A stretch of DNA of 64,000 bases from an uncultured Pseudomonadota bacterium (GTDB lineage Bacteria; Pseudomonadota; Gammaproteobacteria; Ga0077536), in the NCBI GenBank assembly GCA_902597385.1, contig CACJXQ010000001.1, forward strand, positions 31,910 through 95,909, given 5' to 3'. Shown here piece by piece: positions 38,564-49,561 of the stretch (position 1 is the stretch's first letter; every line of letters starts with the position of its first letter). Under the pieces are notes generated by a model. It saw only the letters and a list, made by a program, of their open reading frames with translations, had not been told where the DNA came from and did not search any database. The position numbers and the translations under genes are program-made.

Positions 38564-39850
38564 TTGATTATCTCAACCCAAATGCCCATCCCACTCAAAA
38601 AGAAAGTTGTTTTGCCATTAGGTACGATTCTCTTGGGCCTTCTAGTAACGTTGATGCTAGCTAACTCCAGGCCCAATGTCTCGCAGAGGACAATACCAGA
38701 AAAGGTTTGGCCAGTGAACGTGATGAGAGCTAAACCAATAAATATACAACCCAAAATATCTATTTATGGAGAAGTGAGGGCCGCGAGAGAGGCCGAATTA
38801 AGAAGCGTCTTAGGTGGAAGGATAAGTAACCTTAACCCGATATTTAGAAATGGCAACCTTCTTAAAGAGGGCACGCAGCTTTTAGCCATTGAACGAAACG
38901 ATTATGAAAATCTAGCGACAGAAAAAAGAGCCGATTTGATCCATGCCGAAGCCGTGCTTAATGAGTTGCGCTCTGAATTAAAATTCGAGAAAGAGCTTCT
39001 GAAAAATTCGCAGAGACAAGTTGAGCTCGCCCGTCGCGCTTTCGATAGAACCTCTGAGCTTGCAAGGCAAGGAACTGAGAGTAAAAAAGCAATCGACGAT
39101 GCTGAGTCCAATTTGGCCCAAACGGAAAAAGATAAAATACTCAGAGAACAAAAAGTTGCTCGTTTGGGTTCGAAGATAAAACAACAAGCCGCACTTCACA
39201 AAAAAGCGAATGCGTCAGTAGCTACCGCTGAGCAGGCTTTAGCCGATACTTTGATACTTGCCCCGTTCGAGGGTTACGTGGCCGACGTTCAGGTTGCTCT
39301 TGGACAATTATTGGTAAAGGGTGAGAAGATAGGGAGGTTATTGTCTGCACGAGAGTTAGAGGTCCAGTTCGAGCTGCCGGAGGGAGACTATGGACGATTT
39401 ACGTCAAAAAAAGAGGTGCAGGACCAAAGCGAGGAATCGATATTAGGAAGGCCTTTGGAAATAATATGGGAACTCGGTAGTGAGGAGCATAAATACGAAG
39501 CCACTCTAACCCGTATTGGACCGGAATTAAACGTAGACACAGGCGGGGTAGACATGTTTGCCTCGGTTGATCAAAAAGCTGTAGAGAGTGGTTTGAGGTC
39601 GGGAGCCTTTGTTGAGGTGCTTTTCCCAGACTTTGAGTATCAGAATGTATTTCAAGTTCCCATACGTGCGGTTGCGGACGCAGAGCATGTGTATGTAATT
39701 CGAGAACAACGCTTGGTTAGGCTACCCGTGGAAGTGGTTGGAAAAGCAGAGGAGAATCTTTTAATAAGGGCGAAAATTTTGTCTGGTGAGTTAATCGTTG
39801 CTAGGCTATTCGAAAATATAGGACCAGGTTTACGCGTTAAGGCGTTATAG
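38564..39850 (+). CDS. RND efflux periplasmic adaptor (MFP)
   Basis: N-terminal TM, lipoyl half-motifs (GGRI, LAPFEG), long helical hairpin; upstream of the RND permease. Confidence 0.88.
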   Translation: MIISTQMPIPLKKKVVLPLGTILLGLLVTLMLANSRPNVSQRTIPEKVWPVNVMRAKPINIQPKISIYGEVRAAREAELRSVLGGRISNLNPIFRNGNLLKEGTQLLAIERNDYENLATEKRADLIHAEAVLNELRSELKFEKELLKNSQRQVELARRAFDRTSELARQGTESKKAIDDAESNLAQTEKDKILREQKVARLGSKIKQQAALHKKANASVATAEQALADTLILAPFEGYVADVQVALGQLLVKGEKIGRLLSARELEVQFELPEGDYGRFTSKKEVQDQSEESILGRPLEIIWELGSEEHKYEATLTRIGPELNVDTGGVDMFASVDQKAVESGLRSGAFVEVLFPDFEYQNVFQVPIRAVADAEHVYVIREQRLVRLPVEVVGKAEENLLIRAKILSGELIVARLFENIGPGLRVKAL

Positions 39851-39865
39851 GCCCTGCTCGCTTTT

Positions 39866-42800
39866 ATGTCGATAATTAGGATATTCGCACAACACCCAAC
39901 CGCCTCTAATCTGGTATTAGCATTGATGATCGTGTGCGGACTTGCGGCCACCCAAGTTTTAAATCGCCAGTTTTTTCCGGATTTTGGATTAGACTACGTC
40001 ACTGTTTCGATAGTCTGGCCCGGAGCATCAGCTCTCGATGTGGATGAAACCCTCGTTAATTCCATTGAACCAGCAGTCCGTTTTATTGATGGGGTTAAGA
40101 AAGTTTCTTCTTCATCTTACGAGGGGTTGGCAAATATCACGATAGAATTCGAATCTGGTCATGACATGCAGCTGGGATTAGCTGAGGTTGAGTCAGCCGT
40201 AGGTCAAATTACGACTCTTCCATTAGATGCTGAAAAGCCGCGAATAAAAAGATTGCTGAGATATGAGACTGTTTCAAAATTAGTTCTGTCTGGGGCTGAT
40301 TCAGAACGTGCACTGAAACATTATGCGAAGAAAGTGAGAGATCATCTTTTGTCTGAGGGGATCGATAAGATAGATCTATTCGGTGATCGTTCAGAGGAAA
40401 TTTGGGTCGCTGTTGAGCCCAAAATTTTACAGAAATTTGATTTAACCGTTGGTGATATTTCAGAACGAATTAGGGACCAGTCTCAAGATTTACCAGCTGG
40501 GGAAATTGCAGGTGGTGAGAGGCAAGTGAGAAGTCTCGGACTAAAAAAAGAGGCGATAGATCTTGAAAGGTTAGAAATAAAGTCGCTCCCTGGTGGGAGC
40601 AAAATGCTCCTCAAGGATATAGCTGCAGTTTCAGAACAATTTGAGGATGGACAGAAAAGAGCTTTTCGCAAAGGAGAGTTGGCAATTGAATTTGATATAA
40701 AAAGAGCCACTAACAGCGATGCTATAGACGCATCAGAAATAGTGCGATCGGAGCTGGATGAAATTCGCGGCTTTCTTCCTGCCAATTTAAAAATAGAAAC
40801 CTATAATGTTCAATCCAACTTGATAAAGGAACGAATTAATTTGTTAGTTTCAAACGGGATGGGCGGTTTGTTATTAGTGCTGATTATCTTGTTTCTTTTT
40901 ATGAGTCCTCGGGTAGCAATGTGGGTGGCGATAGGTATTCCCGCTTCTATCTTGGCTGCGTTGGCCATCATGTGGGTAAGTGATCAAACCATTAACATGC
41001 TTAGTTTGTTCGGGATGATCATGGCCATCGGTATCGTTGTCGATGATGCTATCGTCGTAGGTGAGCATGCAGACCACAGGTTCAAGACAGGATTAAGTCC
41101 TTTGGAAGCTGCAGTGGTTGGGGCTGATAGGATGGCTATACCAGTTTTAAGTGCTACCTTGACCACAATAGCCGCTTTTCTCCCTCTTTTTGTAATTTCT
41201 GGAATAATCGGCCAAATAATATCTGCGATCCCTTTTGTGGTAATAGCTGTTCTAATCGCTAGTTTAATTGAATGTTTCCTAGTTCTCCCAGCCCACTTAT
41301 CCTATGGTTTGGGGAGAGCAAAAAAAGAGTCAGGAAAATTTTGGCATTTTCGTAATACAATTGATAATTCACTTATTAAATTTAGAGAAGAGCAATTCGA
41401 GCCTCTTGTGAAGATAGCTGTTGAGAATCGGTATTTCACTGTATCAATTGCGGCGATGATTTTTATGATCTCTATCGGGAGCGTTATGGGAGGCCATGTT
41501 GGATACCAATTTTTCCCCTCTCCAGAGCCTAATACCATATATGCGAACGTCCGTATGTTACCTGGTTCAACCCAGGAGGAGACTCGCTCCGCTGTCTTGG
41601 AAGTGGAAACTGCGCTACACGATGGGTTGAAAAAAGCAGGTCAGAACCCGGAAGAATTAGTGGTAATGTCTTTGGGAAGAATCGGTACACTAGGCTCGAC
41701 AGGGGGATCTTTGTCTGCCGTCTCCAGCGATAGTCTGGGGGGGGTTGTGGTGGAACTTACGTCTTCCGAGTTTCGGCAAATAAAATCTTCGGAAGTTATC
41801 GAAATATGGAGGGAAGAGACGGTGTGGCCATCGGGAGTGGAAAATTTGACTTTCGAAGCACAGCGGAGTGGCCCACCAGGTGGAGATATGGATATAAGGC
41901 TCAGAACTAATGGTGGTGAAATAACTCTACTCAAGGAAGCGGCAGGAGAACTTGGTACTTTGCTAGGGCGTTATGACGGAGTATCAGACGTTGATGACAA
42001 CATGCCTTTTGGCAAGCCAGAAATTCTTTTAGAGCTTAATGAAAGAGGGAGGGCTTTAGGCTTTTCAACTAGTTCCGTTGCGAGACAGGTGAGAGACCTA
42101 ATAGATGGTTCCATATCAATTCGATTCCCCAGGGGGGAAGAGGAAGTTACCGTAAGGGTGCGACTGGAGAAGGACACAGTTGATAACTCGATCTTACAAA
42201 ACGTTCTATTAAGATCATCTGACGGTAAGAAAATTCCCCTTAAAGAGATAGTAAATTTTAGCTACTCAAAAGGGTTTTCTCGAATAAAGAGGGAGGATGG
42301 TTTTAAGGAGATCGCGGTTTCCGCAGAGATGGATAGTTCAATTACTCGCTCTTCCTATGTTCAGCGAGCTTTACTCGATGACGGCCTCAGGAATATCGGT
42401 GATAGGTATGGCGTTGAGTGGTCTTTTGAAGGCAGGGCAAGGGAGCAGAGGGAAACTATGTCCGATATGATTCTAGGCGCCTCTCTTGGGTTTGCTCTAA
42501 TTTATATAATCTTGGCTTGGGTTTTTTCAAGCTACTCAAGACCCTTTGTTGTTATGGCAATAGTACCGCTGGGTTTTGTGGGAGCAGTTTTAGGGCACGG
42601 CGTTTTAGGTTTTGATCTGACAATTTTGAGCATTTTTGCGATTCTTGGATTATCAGGGATCATAATTAATGACTCGATAGTTCTAGTCACCACAATTAAT
42701 GAGAGAGCGAAGGAGTCCCCATTGATCGAAGCCGTTGTGTCGGGTAGTGGGGACAGATTGCGAGCAGTCTTTCTCACTTCCGCTACTACCATTGGAGGGC

Positions 42801-42997
42801 TTACTCCACTTCTGTTTGAGACTAGTTTACAAGCTCAGTTTTTGATTCCAATGGCTATTACTCTCGTTTTTGGCATGGCGTTAGCTACCTTTATTGTCTT
42901 GTTTATGGTGCCCTCCGTTGTGTTGATAGAACAAGACATCAAGAAGGCTATAGATGGTGTATTCCAAGGATTCAAAGATATTCGGCCAGAAATTTAG
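39866..42997 (+). CDS. RND efflux permease (AcrB/D/F family)
   Basis: 1043 aa; GIVVDDAIVVGE, TLTTIAAFLP, RLRAVFLTSATTIGGLTPL. Confidence 0.95.
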   Translation: MSIIRIFAQHPTASNLVLALMIVCGLAATQVLNRQFFPDFGLDYVTVSIVWPGASALDVDETLVNSIEPAVRFIDGVKKVSSSSYEGLANITIEFESGHDMQLGLAEVESAVGQITTLPLDAEKPRIKRLLRYETVSKLVLSGADSERALKHYAKKVRDHLLSEGIDKIDLFGDRSEEIWVAVEPKILQKFDLTVGDISERIRDQSQDLPAGEIAGGERQVRSLGLKKEAIDLERLEIKSLPGGSKMLLKDIAAVSEQFEDGQKRAFRKGELAIEFDIKRATNSDAIDASEIVRSELDEIRGFLPANLKIETYNVQSNLIKERINLLVSNGMGGLLLVLIILFLFMSPRVAMWVAIGIPASILAALAIMWVSDQTINMLSLFGMIMAIGIVVDDAIVVGEHADHRFKTGLSPLEAAVVGADRMAIPVLSATLTTIAAFLPLFVISGIIGQIISAIPFVVIAVLIASLIECFLVLPAHLSYGLGRAKKESGKFWHFRNTIDNSLIKFREEQFEPLVKIAVENRYFTVSIAAMIFMISIGSVMGGHVGYQFFPSPEPNTIYANVRMLPGSTQEETRSAVLEVETALHDGLKKAGQNPEELVVMSLGRIGTLGSTGGSLSAVSSDSLGGVVVELTSSEFRQIKSSEVIEIWREETVWPSGVENLTFEAQRSGPPGGDMDIRLRTNGGEITLLKEAAGELGTLLGRYDGVSDVDDNMPFGKPEILLELNERGRALGFSTSSVARQVRDLIDGSISIRFPRGEEEVTVRVRLEKDTVDNSILQNVLLRSSDGKKIPLKEIVNFSYSKGFSRIKREDGFKEIAVSAEMDSSITRSSYVQRALLDDGLRNIGDRYGVEWSFEGRAREQRETMSDMILGASLGFALIYIILAWVFSSYSRPFVVMAIVPLGFVGAVLGHGVLGFDLTILSIFAILGLSGIIINDSIVLVTTINERAKESPLIEAVVSGSGDRLRAVFLTSATTIGGLTPLLFETSLQAQFLIPMAITLVFGMALATFIVLFMVPSVVLIEQDIKKAIDGVFQGFKDIRPEI

Positions 42998-44210
42998 AGG
43001 GATCATGAGAGGCATTCTGAGAGATTAATACCTCTGGGCTACTATAATGCTCAGCCTTATCATCCGCTTCTAAGGCGTATCCGATTGGTTTGATATGACT
43101 ACCAAGGTCTCTTCCCCACTGGATAGTTGCCTGGCCGTAGTGCTTCCTCTCATTTTCCCATCTCTTAAGAGCCTCTGTTCTTTTTTTCGAACCTAGTGCT
43201 TTGGCTAAAGTAGAGGCATCTTCGGCTGCCTTGGAAACCCCTAGGCCAACATGAGGTCTCGCGGTGAAAGCCGCATCTCCTATTAAAATAATTCTTCCAT
43301 GGATTAATTTTTCGCAACTTACATCAAACATGCCTTGAAGGAAAGGATGCTTCGTGAGGTTGATTACCTTTTGAATTTGAGGAGCTAAGTAGAGACTAGC
43401 CTCCTGTTGCATATCTGTTATTAGGCTTTGCCTAATTAAGTGATGAGGTATGCCGTTTTCAAAATACCTCCCATCGCTATCTGTTAAATGATTTCTAAGC
43501 GAGGAGGCGGTCGCATGTCGGTACCATCCCCAATTATACCACCTTCTACCTTCTTCGATTGCATCGTTTTCTCCCGCAACTAAATAACCTAACCAATGCC
43601 CAGCTGGGGCTAAACCAAAGGTGATGACGTTTGTTAGTTGTTTTCTTAGGTCTTGCTCTATCAATTCTTCTTTTATTAAACCTCTCCAGGCAAAGTATCC
43701 AGCATATTCTGGTTGCGAAAGCGGTTCCACTATCTGCCTGACTGTGGAATTCATTCCGTCTGCTCCAATAAGCCAATCTGCTTCAATGGAAGATCCATTT
43801 TTAAATCGAAGGGCGAGTTTTTCTTTGTTGATTATATTTACTTCCAACAACTCATGCTCGGTCTGGTAGTCTGAGTCAGCGATTTGAGCTCGGAGAAATC
43901 GGTATATCAATCCCCAAGACGACATGATCTGGCGCATATTTTGTTTTTCCGTTATCGCTCCTTCTCGACCAATAAGGACTCTACCTTTGCTCTTTACCCC
44001 CATTTCCTGAGTAGGAGTAACGCCTGCACTCCTAAGAGCGTTATAGAGTTGATCATGAGTCGCAATGCCAGCACCTCTGTTAGCCAAGGACTCCTTAGAT
44101 CTCTCGAAAACTGTCACCCTAAATCCGAGTGCTTGCAGATTAATAGCAGCGAATAGGCCTGCCATCGACCCGCCTATAATTACAATCCTTTCAAAGCCCT
44201 TTCTATTCAT
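42972..44210 (-). CDS. FAD-dependent monooxygenase, 2,6-dihydroxypyridine hydroxylase-like
   Basis: IIGGSMAGL, RGAGI, GADG, YAGYFAWRG, NWGWY, GDAAFTARPHVGLG. Confidence 0.85.
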   Translation of the reverse strand: MNRKGFERIVIIGGSMAGLFAAINLQALGFRVTVFERSKESLANRGAGIATHDQLYNALRSAGVTPTQEMGVKSKGRVLIGREGAITEKQNMRQIMSSWGLIYRFLRAQIADSDYQTEHELLEVNIINKEKLALRFKNGSSIEADWLIGADGMNSTVRQIVEPLSQPEYAGYFAWRGLIKEELIEQDLRKQLTNVITFGLAPAGHWLGYLVAGENDAIEEGRRWYNWGWYRHATASSLRNHLTDSDGRYFENGIPHHLIRQSLITDMQQEASLYLAPQIQKVINLTKHPFLQGMFDVSCEKLIHGRIILIGDAAFTARPHVGLGVSKAAEDASTLAKALGSKKRTEALKRWENERKHYGQATIQWGRDLGSHIKPIGYALEADDKAEHYSSPEVLISQNASHDPSKFLAEYL

Positions 44211-44326
44211 GATTTCTTAAATCAATTCCAATCTAACTTACTTTGTTTATTATTACTTTCTTTTGTTTTACTCTCAATATTCCGGGGCCTGTAATACCTC
44301 GTTCAAGAAGACAGTTCATTATTTTT

Positions 44327-45259
44327 ATGCAAGATAATAGCCTAATTTTACATCACTATGATTTTTCTAATTTTTCTGAGAAAGTTCGTTTGGTATTTGC
44401 GTTGAAAGAGGTTGACTGGGATTCTGTAATAATTCCAAGTTATCTTCCAAAGCCGGACTACCTTCCTCTAACAGGAGGATATAGAAGGACGCCAGCTTTG
44501 CAAATAGGATCGGATGTCTATTGTGATACTCGTTTAATTGTACGTTTGTTAGATGAAGTGTGTCCTGATCCGCCACTTTATCCGTCTGGATTGACGCCGT
44601 CCGATTATGCGAAAAATAAAATTATAGAAGATTGGGCCGAAACTAATTTCATGCGTCCTATTGCTTTGTATATAACGGGTAGGCATGCTCAGAGATTCTC
44701 TGGAAAGTTTCATCAAGACCGAGCGAACCTTCATGGGAAACCAGCTCCCTCTGTTGAGCAGGTAAATTTATCAGCATTCAAGTACGAAAAACAAGTCGAC
44801 ATATACATGGACTGGCTGAATTGTTTGCTTAAGGGCAAGCGTGATTTTGTTACAGGAGCGAACATATCTCTCACGGACATTGTTTTGTACGAAGGACCTT
44901 GGTTCCTCAAAAAAATCTCTGGAAATTGTGATTTCTTGGAAAATAGATTAGAGCTTGAGCGCTGGTTTAATAGGATGTCTATGCTTTCTTTGCCGCCTCG
45001 TAATTCCTTCGAAGGCGAATATGCCGTGACTGTGGCCTTAAATACCCAACCAAAAAGTGTTTGTGAAGAAATTGATGTCGAGTATCGGCTGGCGAAAGGG
45101 ACTAAAGTAAAAGTGTCTGCATTAGGGGAGAACGCCCATTCAATTGGGAACCTCGTTTATCTAAATTCTGAAAAAATTTGCATTTCTGTGGAATCCAAAA
45201 GAACTGGGGTTGTGCATGTTCATTTTCCGCGAGAGGGTTATTCCGTGCGCGCGATTTAG
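44327..45259 (+). CDS. Glutathione S-transferase family protein
   Basis: ILHHY..SNFSEKVR, LTGGYRRTPALQIGSDVYCDT, VHVHFPREGY; start likely ATG 44327. Confidence 0.9.
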   Translation: MQDNSLILHHYDFSNFSEKVRLVFALKEVDWDSVIIPSYLPKPDYLPLTGGYRRTPALQIGSDVYCDTRLIVRLLDEVCPDPPLYPSGLTPSDYAKNKIIEDWAETNFMRPIALYITGRHAQRFSGKFHQDRANLHGKPAPSVEQVNLSAFKYEKQVDIYMDWLNCLLKGKRDFVTGANISLTDIVLYEGPWFLKKISGNCDFLENRLELERWFNRMSMLSLPPRNSFEGEYAVTVALNTQPKSVCEEIDVEYRLAKGTKVKVSALGENAHSIGNLVYLNSEKICISVESKRTGVVHVHFPREGYSVRAI

Positions 45260-45498
45260 GTGATTGCGCTAATATTCTACTATTCGATGCTACATTATAT
45301 CGGAAGTTGTAATTTTATTACTTTTATATAACTTACTGTTTTCTATAAATTAAATGCAAAACATATCTTTATATATCAAATTAAGATTGGAATCTGATCG
45401 GTTTTAAAATTAAGATCAGGGCAGGATAGAAAAATTAAAAAGCATATTGCGTCGGTCTTGGAAAGGTTCCGATATGAAATATTAATAGGCAAATCATC

Positions 45499-46800
45499 GT
45501 GAATAAAACAGAAAAAGTACAAGTTGCAAAAGTCGATACTACTAGCGGCGAATATGAATTCCATGTCTTAGACGGAACATTGGGGCCTAGCGTTATAGAT
45601 ATCTCTTCTTTGTATGGAGATACCGGTCAATTCACTTATGATCCTGGTTTTACCTCTACGGCTAGTTGCGAATCCAAAATTACCTACATAGACGGTGAGA
45701 AAGGAATACTGCTTTATCGAGGATATCCTATCGATCAATTGGCTGAGCAAAGTAACTTTATTGAAACTGCCTATTTACTTTTAAACGGTGAGTTACCGTC
45801 CTCAAACGATTATGAGGAATTTGAAAGAGCTATTACTAATCACACGATGGTGCATGAGCAATTAAGAAACTTTTACTACGGTTTTAGAAGCGATGCACAT
45901 CCAATGGCCATCATGTGTGGCGTGGTAGGAGCCCTCTCGGCTTTTTATCATGACTCTACTGATATTAATGACCCTTATCAGCGCATGGTTGCAGGTCGAA
46001 GACTGATAGCGAAAATGCCCACAATTGCTGCTATGGCTTTTAAATTTTCCTTAGGTCAGCCATTTGTCTACCCTGATAACGAGCTCGATTACACTGCGAA
46101 TTTTCTAAACATGTGTTTCGCTTTGCCGGCGTTAAAGCATAAAGTCTCTCCTACTCTGGCTCGGGCCTTAGATAAAATTTTTATCTTACACGCTGATCAT
46201 GAGCAGAACGCTTCCACTTCTACTGTTCGTTTGGCTAGTTCATCTGGGGCAAATCCTTTTGCAGCGATTGCGGCGGGGATCGCCTGTCTCTGGGGGCCGG
46301 CGCACGGTGGAGCCAATGAGGCTGCGCTGAATATGCTTATGGAAATTGGCACAGCTGACAAAATACCTGAGTTTATTAAACGAGCTAAGGATAAAAATGA
46401 CCCCTTCAGATTAATGGGATTTGGCCATAGGGTTTACAAAAATTATGACCCCAGGGCTAAGGTGATGCAACAGACATGTCATGAGGTTCTGGCGGAGTTG
46501 GGTATAAAGGATGATCCGTTGTTGGAAGTTGCCTTAGAATTAGAAAAGATTGCTCTTAACGATGATTATTTCGTCGAAAAGCAACTTTATCCTAACATTG
46601 ATTTTTATTCTGGTATTACTCTTAAAGCCATGGGTTTTCCGACGACTATGTTTACGGCTTTGTTTGCATTAGCCCGTACTGTTGGTTGGGTAGCCCAGTG
46701 GAATGAAATGATAGAGGATCCCAGTCAACGAATAGGGCGACCGAGGCAGCTATATACAGGGTATGCAGAGCGCGCCTATAAAAAACGTTCAGAACGCTAA
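45499..46800 (+). CDS. gltA: Citrate synthase (hexameric type)
   Basis: [44 protein letters not shown]. Confidence 0.98.
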   Translation: MNKTEKVQVAKVDTTSGEYEFHVLDGTLGPSVIDISSLYGDTGQFTYDPGFTSTASCESKITYIDGEKGILLYRGYPIDQLAEQSNFIETAYLLLNGELPSSNDYEEFERAITNHTMVHEQLRNFYYGFRSDAHPMAIMCGVVGALSAFYHDSTDINDPYQRMVAGRRLIAKMPTIAAMAFKFSLGQPFVYPDNELDYTANFLNMCFALPALKHKVSPTLARALDKIFILHADHEQNASTSTVRLASSSGANPFAAIAAGIACLWGPAHGGANEAALNMLMEIGTADKIPEFIKRAKDKNDPFRLMGFGHRVYKNYDPRAKVMQQTCHEVLAELGIKDDPLLEVALELEKIALNDDYFVEKQLYPNIDFYSGITLKAMGFPTTMFTALFALARTVGWVAQWNEMIEDPSQRIGRPRQLYTGYAERAYKKRSER

Positions 46801-46813
46801 GGGAATATAGTAA

Positions 46814-47296
46814 GTGTCTGAGGAATGCAGTAATAAACATCTGAAAGATGCTTACTTAGAAGACTATAGGGAAGGTCTAATTCTTGAATATGGACCCGTT
46901 CTATTTGAAAAAGAAGATATAATAAAATTTGCTGAAGAATTTGATCCTCAGTATTTCCATGTAAATGAGGCGTTAGCAGAGGATAGTCAATTCGGAGGAT
47001 TAATAGCCAGCGGTTGGCACACCTGTTCGTCTATGATGCGATTATTGGTAGACAATTTTATTTCTAAGCGCTCAAGTTTGGGCTCTCCAGGAGTAGAAAA
47101 AATACGTTGGATTCAACCTGTTAGACCTAATGACAGTCTGAAGCTTAAGCTCGAGATAATAGAGAATAGACTCTCTAGAACCAAGCCAGATAGAGGCCTT
47201 GTGCGATCGAAAATTGAAATGTTTAACCAGCGTGACGCTTTGGTTCTTCAAATGGAAACCATCGGTTTCTTTTTGTCGAAGAGTCTCTCTGCTTGA
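46814..47296 (+). CDS. MaoC family dehydratase
   Basis: FDPQYFH, FGGLIASGWHT, GSPG, PVRP. Confidence 0.9.
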   Translation: MSEECSNKHLKDAYLEDYREGLILEYGPVLFEKEDIIKFAEEFDPQYFHVNEALAEDSQFGGLIASGWHTCSSMMRLLVDNFISKRSSLGSPGVEKIRWIQPVRPNDSLKLKLEIIENRLSRTKPDRGLVRSKIEMFNQRDALVLQMETIGFFLSKSLSA

Positions 47297-47311
47297 ACTG
47301 AATTTTTCCTT

Positions 47312-48238
47312 CTAAAATACCACAACAGTTCTAGCTTCAATACTTTCTCTGGGAGTAAAATTTTTTGGTAAGTTCGGATTCAAGAATCCAGTATGTCCAG
47401 TGAAGCAGGCTCGACCATCATCCGCGGAATCATAACACTTGAGTAAGATTACCTCGGAAGATTTCATCTTCGGAACATAAAACCATTTATGTTTGGGATT
47501 ATATTTAAATGAGTATATTTCTCCCGTTAAAGTTGGCGTTTCTAAATTTTCCTCTTGGAAATGCTCAATTTTTGTGACGACGAAATCTTCTGAATTGGTA
47601 GTCTGAGCGTCGCATATTGCAAGAGGCATGTCTTCAACTGGTTCTATTATTGGTCGCCAAAAGTTCACAAGTACACATCTTCTGGATATAAGGTCTGAAT
47701 ATCCTTTATCTTTGAGGACTTCCGAAATCCTTCTCGGTCCAGAGGATAGGGTGTAGTCGTTATGAGCGCCCTCAACCGGCTCCCTAACCCCCTCTTGGCC
47801 GGCATCGGCCTTAACTTGACTGCGAACATTATGGTCAAACACTATTACTTTATGAGCGGACAAGATCTCTTCCATTTTGCGTTCAACTTCAGGGTAGTAT
47901 TTTTCAATTACTTCAGTGTTGTCGTAAAAATTGTTTATTTCACTAGGGGCTTTGTGTACCTCAAATCCCGCAACATCTAGGCTCAACTGACCACTGAATT
48001 CGCGGCAGTCATATATTTTTACCTTGTGTTTTACTTCGGGCACTTGCTCCGTAGACCCGAATAGTTTTGGATAAACTCGAATTGTGGGTGGGTTGGATGT
48101 TTCAACAAATGACAGCGTTGTCTCCAGATATTCTAGATTTGTGAAATTCGCTCGGTCCAATGAAGGTTCCTTATTGGCTCTATTTTGTTGCTTGCCTATG
48201 TCTAAACTTTTATGCTTAATGCTGTACAATATAGCCAA
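47312..48238 (-). CDS. CmcJ/NvfI (AsaB-like) family Fe(II)/2OG oxidoreductase
   Basis: LDVAGF, YYPEVE, FDHNVR, AHNDYT, NFWRPI, PLAICDA, HKWFY, HTGF, RESIEAR. Confidence 0.85.
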   Translation of the reverse strand: MAILYSIKHKSLDIGKQQNRANKEPSLDRANFTNLEYLETTLSFVETSNPPTIRVYPKLFGSTEQVPEVKHKVKIYDCREFSGQLSLDVAGFEVHKAPSEINNFYDNTEVIEKYYPEVERKMEEILSAHKVIVFDHNVRSQVKADAGQEGVREPVEGAHNDYTLSSGPRRISEVLKDKGYSDLISRRCVLVNFWRPIIEPVEDMPLAICDAQTTNSEDFVVTKIEHFQEENLETPTLTGEIYSFKYNPKHKWFYVPKMKSSEVILLKCYDSADDGRACFTGHTGFLNPNLPKNFTPRESIEARTVVVF

Positions 48239-48269
48239 ATAATAACAGATTCAATCAGGATGTTTAACA

Positions 48270-48710
48270 GTGGATAAAAATGATTTACTCAACCCAAAGA
48301 TTAAGTGGAAACCTTTTGGTGACTACAAAGGTTTTCGCTATGCTTTACTAAACGTTGATATGAAGAAAAGACTAATTGACTTGCTTTTCCAGTTTGATGC
48401 AAATCAGGAATGCTTTTACCACCGTCACTACCATCCTACATTTACACTCGTTCTATACGGAGAGCACCATGTCTTTGAAAACAACAAAAATGGACGGCTG
48501 GACCGTCGAGTAAAAAAAGCAGGTGAGTTTGCTATGTCAACCGGTGAAGAGACGCATATAGAGGGAGGGGGAGAAATGGGTTGCACAATTTATCAAAATG
48601 TAAGAGCAAATTCTGATTTAGTTTATAGCGTTTTGAATGATGATTTGTCGTTAAAGTTAGATGTTTCGATTGAACATTTCTACCAGGACTTTTTAAAAGA
48701 TGCTGCGTGA
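48270..48710 (+). CDS. Cupin-fold protein
   Basis: Cupin-like metal motifs HRH...VLYGEHH and THIEGG. Confidence 0.65.
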   Translation: MDKNDLLNPKIKWKPFGDYKGFRYALLNVDMKKRLIDLLFQFDANQECFYHRHYHPTFTLVLYGEHHVFENNKNGRLDRRVKKAGEFAMSTGEETHIEGGGEMGCTIYQNVRANSDLVYSVLNDDLSLKLDVSIEHFYQDFLKDAA

Positions 48711-48731
48711 AGTCTAGAAAATACCTATACT

Positions 48732-49538
48732 GTGAAAATGGAACTTAGTACTGGAACTCAACAATTAAAGTGCTACGTAAAAGAGGGCGTGGCAACAGTG
48801 ACCCTTAATAATCCCAAAAAGCGCAACGCTCTTTCGGATGAATTGACGCCTGCCCTTAGGGAAACTCTAGTTCAACTGGAACAGAACGATAAGGTTCGTT
48901 GCCTCATAATTACTGGTTCCGGAGAGTCGTTTTGTTCTGGTGGGGATGTGAGTAGTATGGAAGGTATGGGAGGTACTTCTAATGAGAAAGTGGAAGTATT
49001 GAGAATGCGGCAAAGAACCTTGACTCTGCGCCTATACAATTTAAAAAAGCCCACGATAGCTGCGCTGCCTGGGCCTGCCGCTGGTGCTGGCTTAGCACTT
49101 GCGCTGGCCTGCGATTTTCGCTATGCCGTGAAAAATACATTCGTGACAACCGGTTATGGAAGGATAGGTTTATCGGGTGATTATGGGGGTACATGGTTGT
49201 TAGCTAATCTGACTAATATTTCGATTGCCAAGGAGATGTATTTCTCCTGTCGAAAAGTGGATTCTGAAGAGTGCCATCAGCTCGGGATTTTCAATGACGT
49301 ATTTGAAAAAGATGTGCTCGAAACGAAGGTAGTTAAAATAGCAAAAAGTCTAGCCCAGATGGCTCCTGTTGCACTCGCTAATATGAAGCATAATTTGAAC
49401 TCTGTTCCGAAATCCACCCTGTCGGAGTCGCTGGATTTAGAGGCCGAAAATTTATATCAATGTGTGGCGACCGAGGATCATAAAAATGCTATTAGGGCGT
49501 TTTTAGAAAAGAGAACGCCTGACTTTAAAGGTTACTGA
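48732..49538 (+). CDS. Enoyl-CoA hydratase/isomerase family protein
   Basis: NPKKRNAL, FCSGGDV, KPTIAALPGPAAGAG, GLSGDYGG, AFLEKRTP. Confidence 0.92.
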   Translation: MKMELSTGTQQLKCYVKEGVATVTLNNPKKRNALSDELTPALRETLVQLEQNDKVRCLIITGSGESFCSGGDVSSMEGMGGTSNEKVEVLRMRQRTLTLRLYNLKKPTIAALPGPAAGAGLALALACDFRYAVKNTFVTTGYGRIGLSGDYGGTWLLANLTNISIAKEMYFSCRKVDSEECHQLGIFNDVFEKDVLETKVVKIAKSLAQMAPVALANMKHNLNSVPKSTLSESLDLEAENLYQCVATEDHKNAIRAFLEKRTPDFKGY

Positions 49539-49561
49539 AAAATATTAGTCGTTTTATTGTA

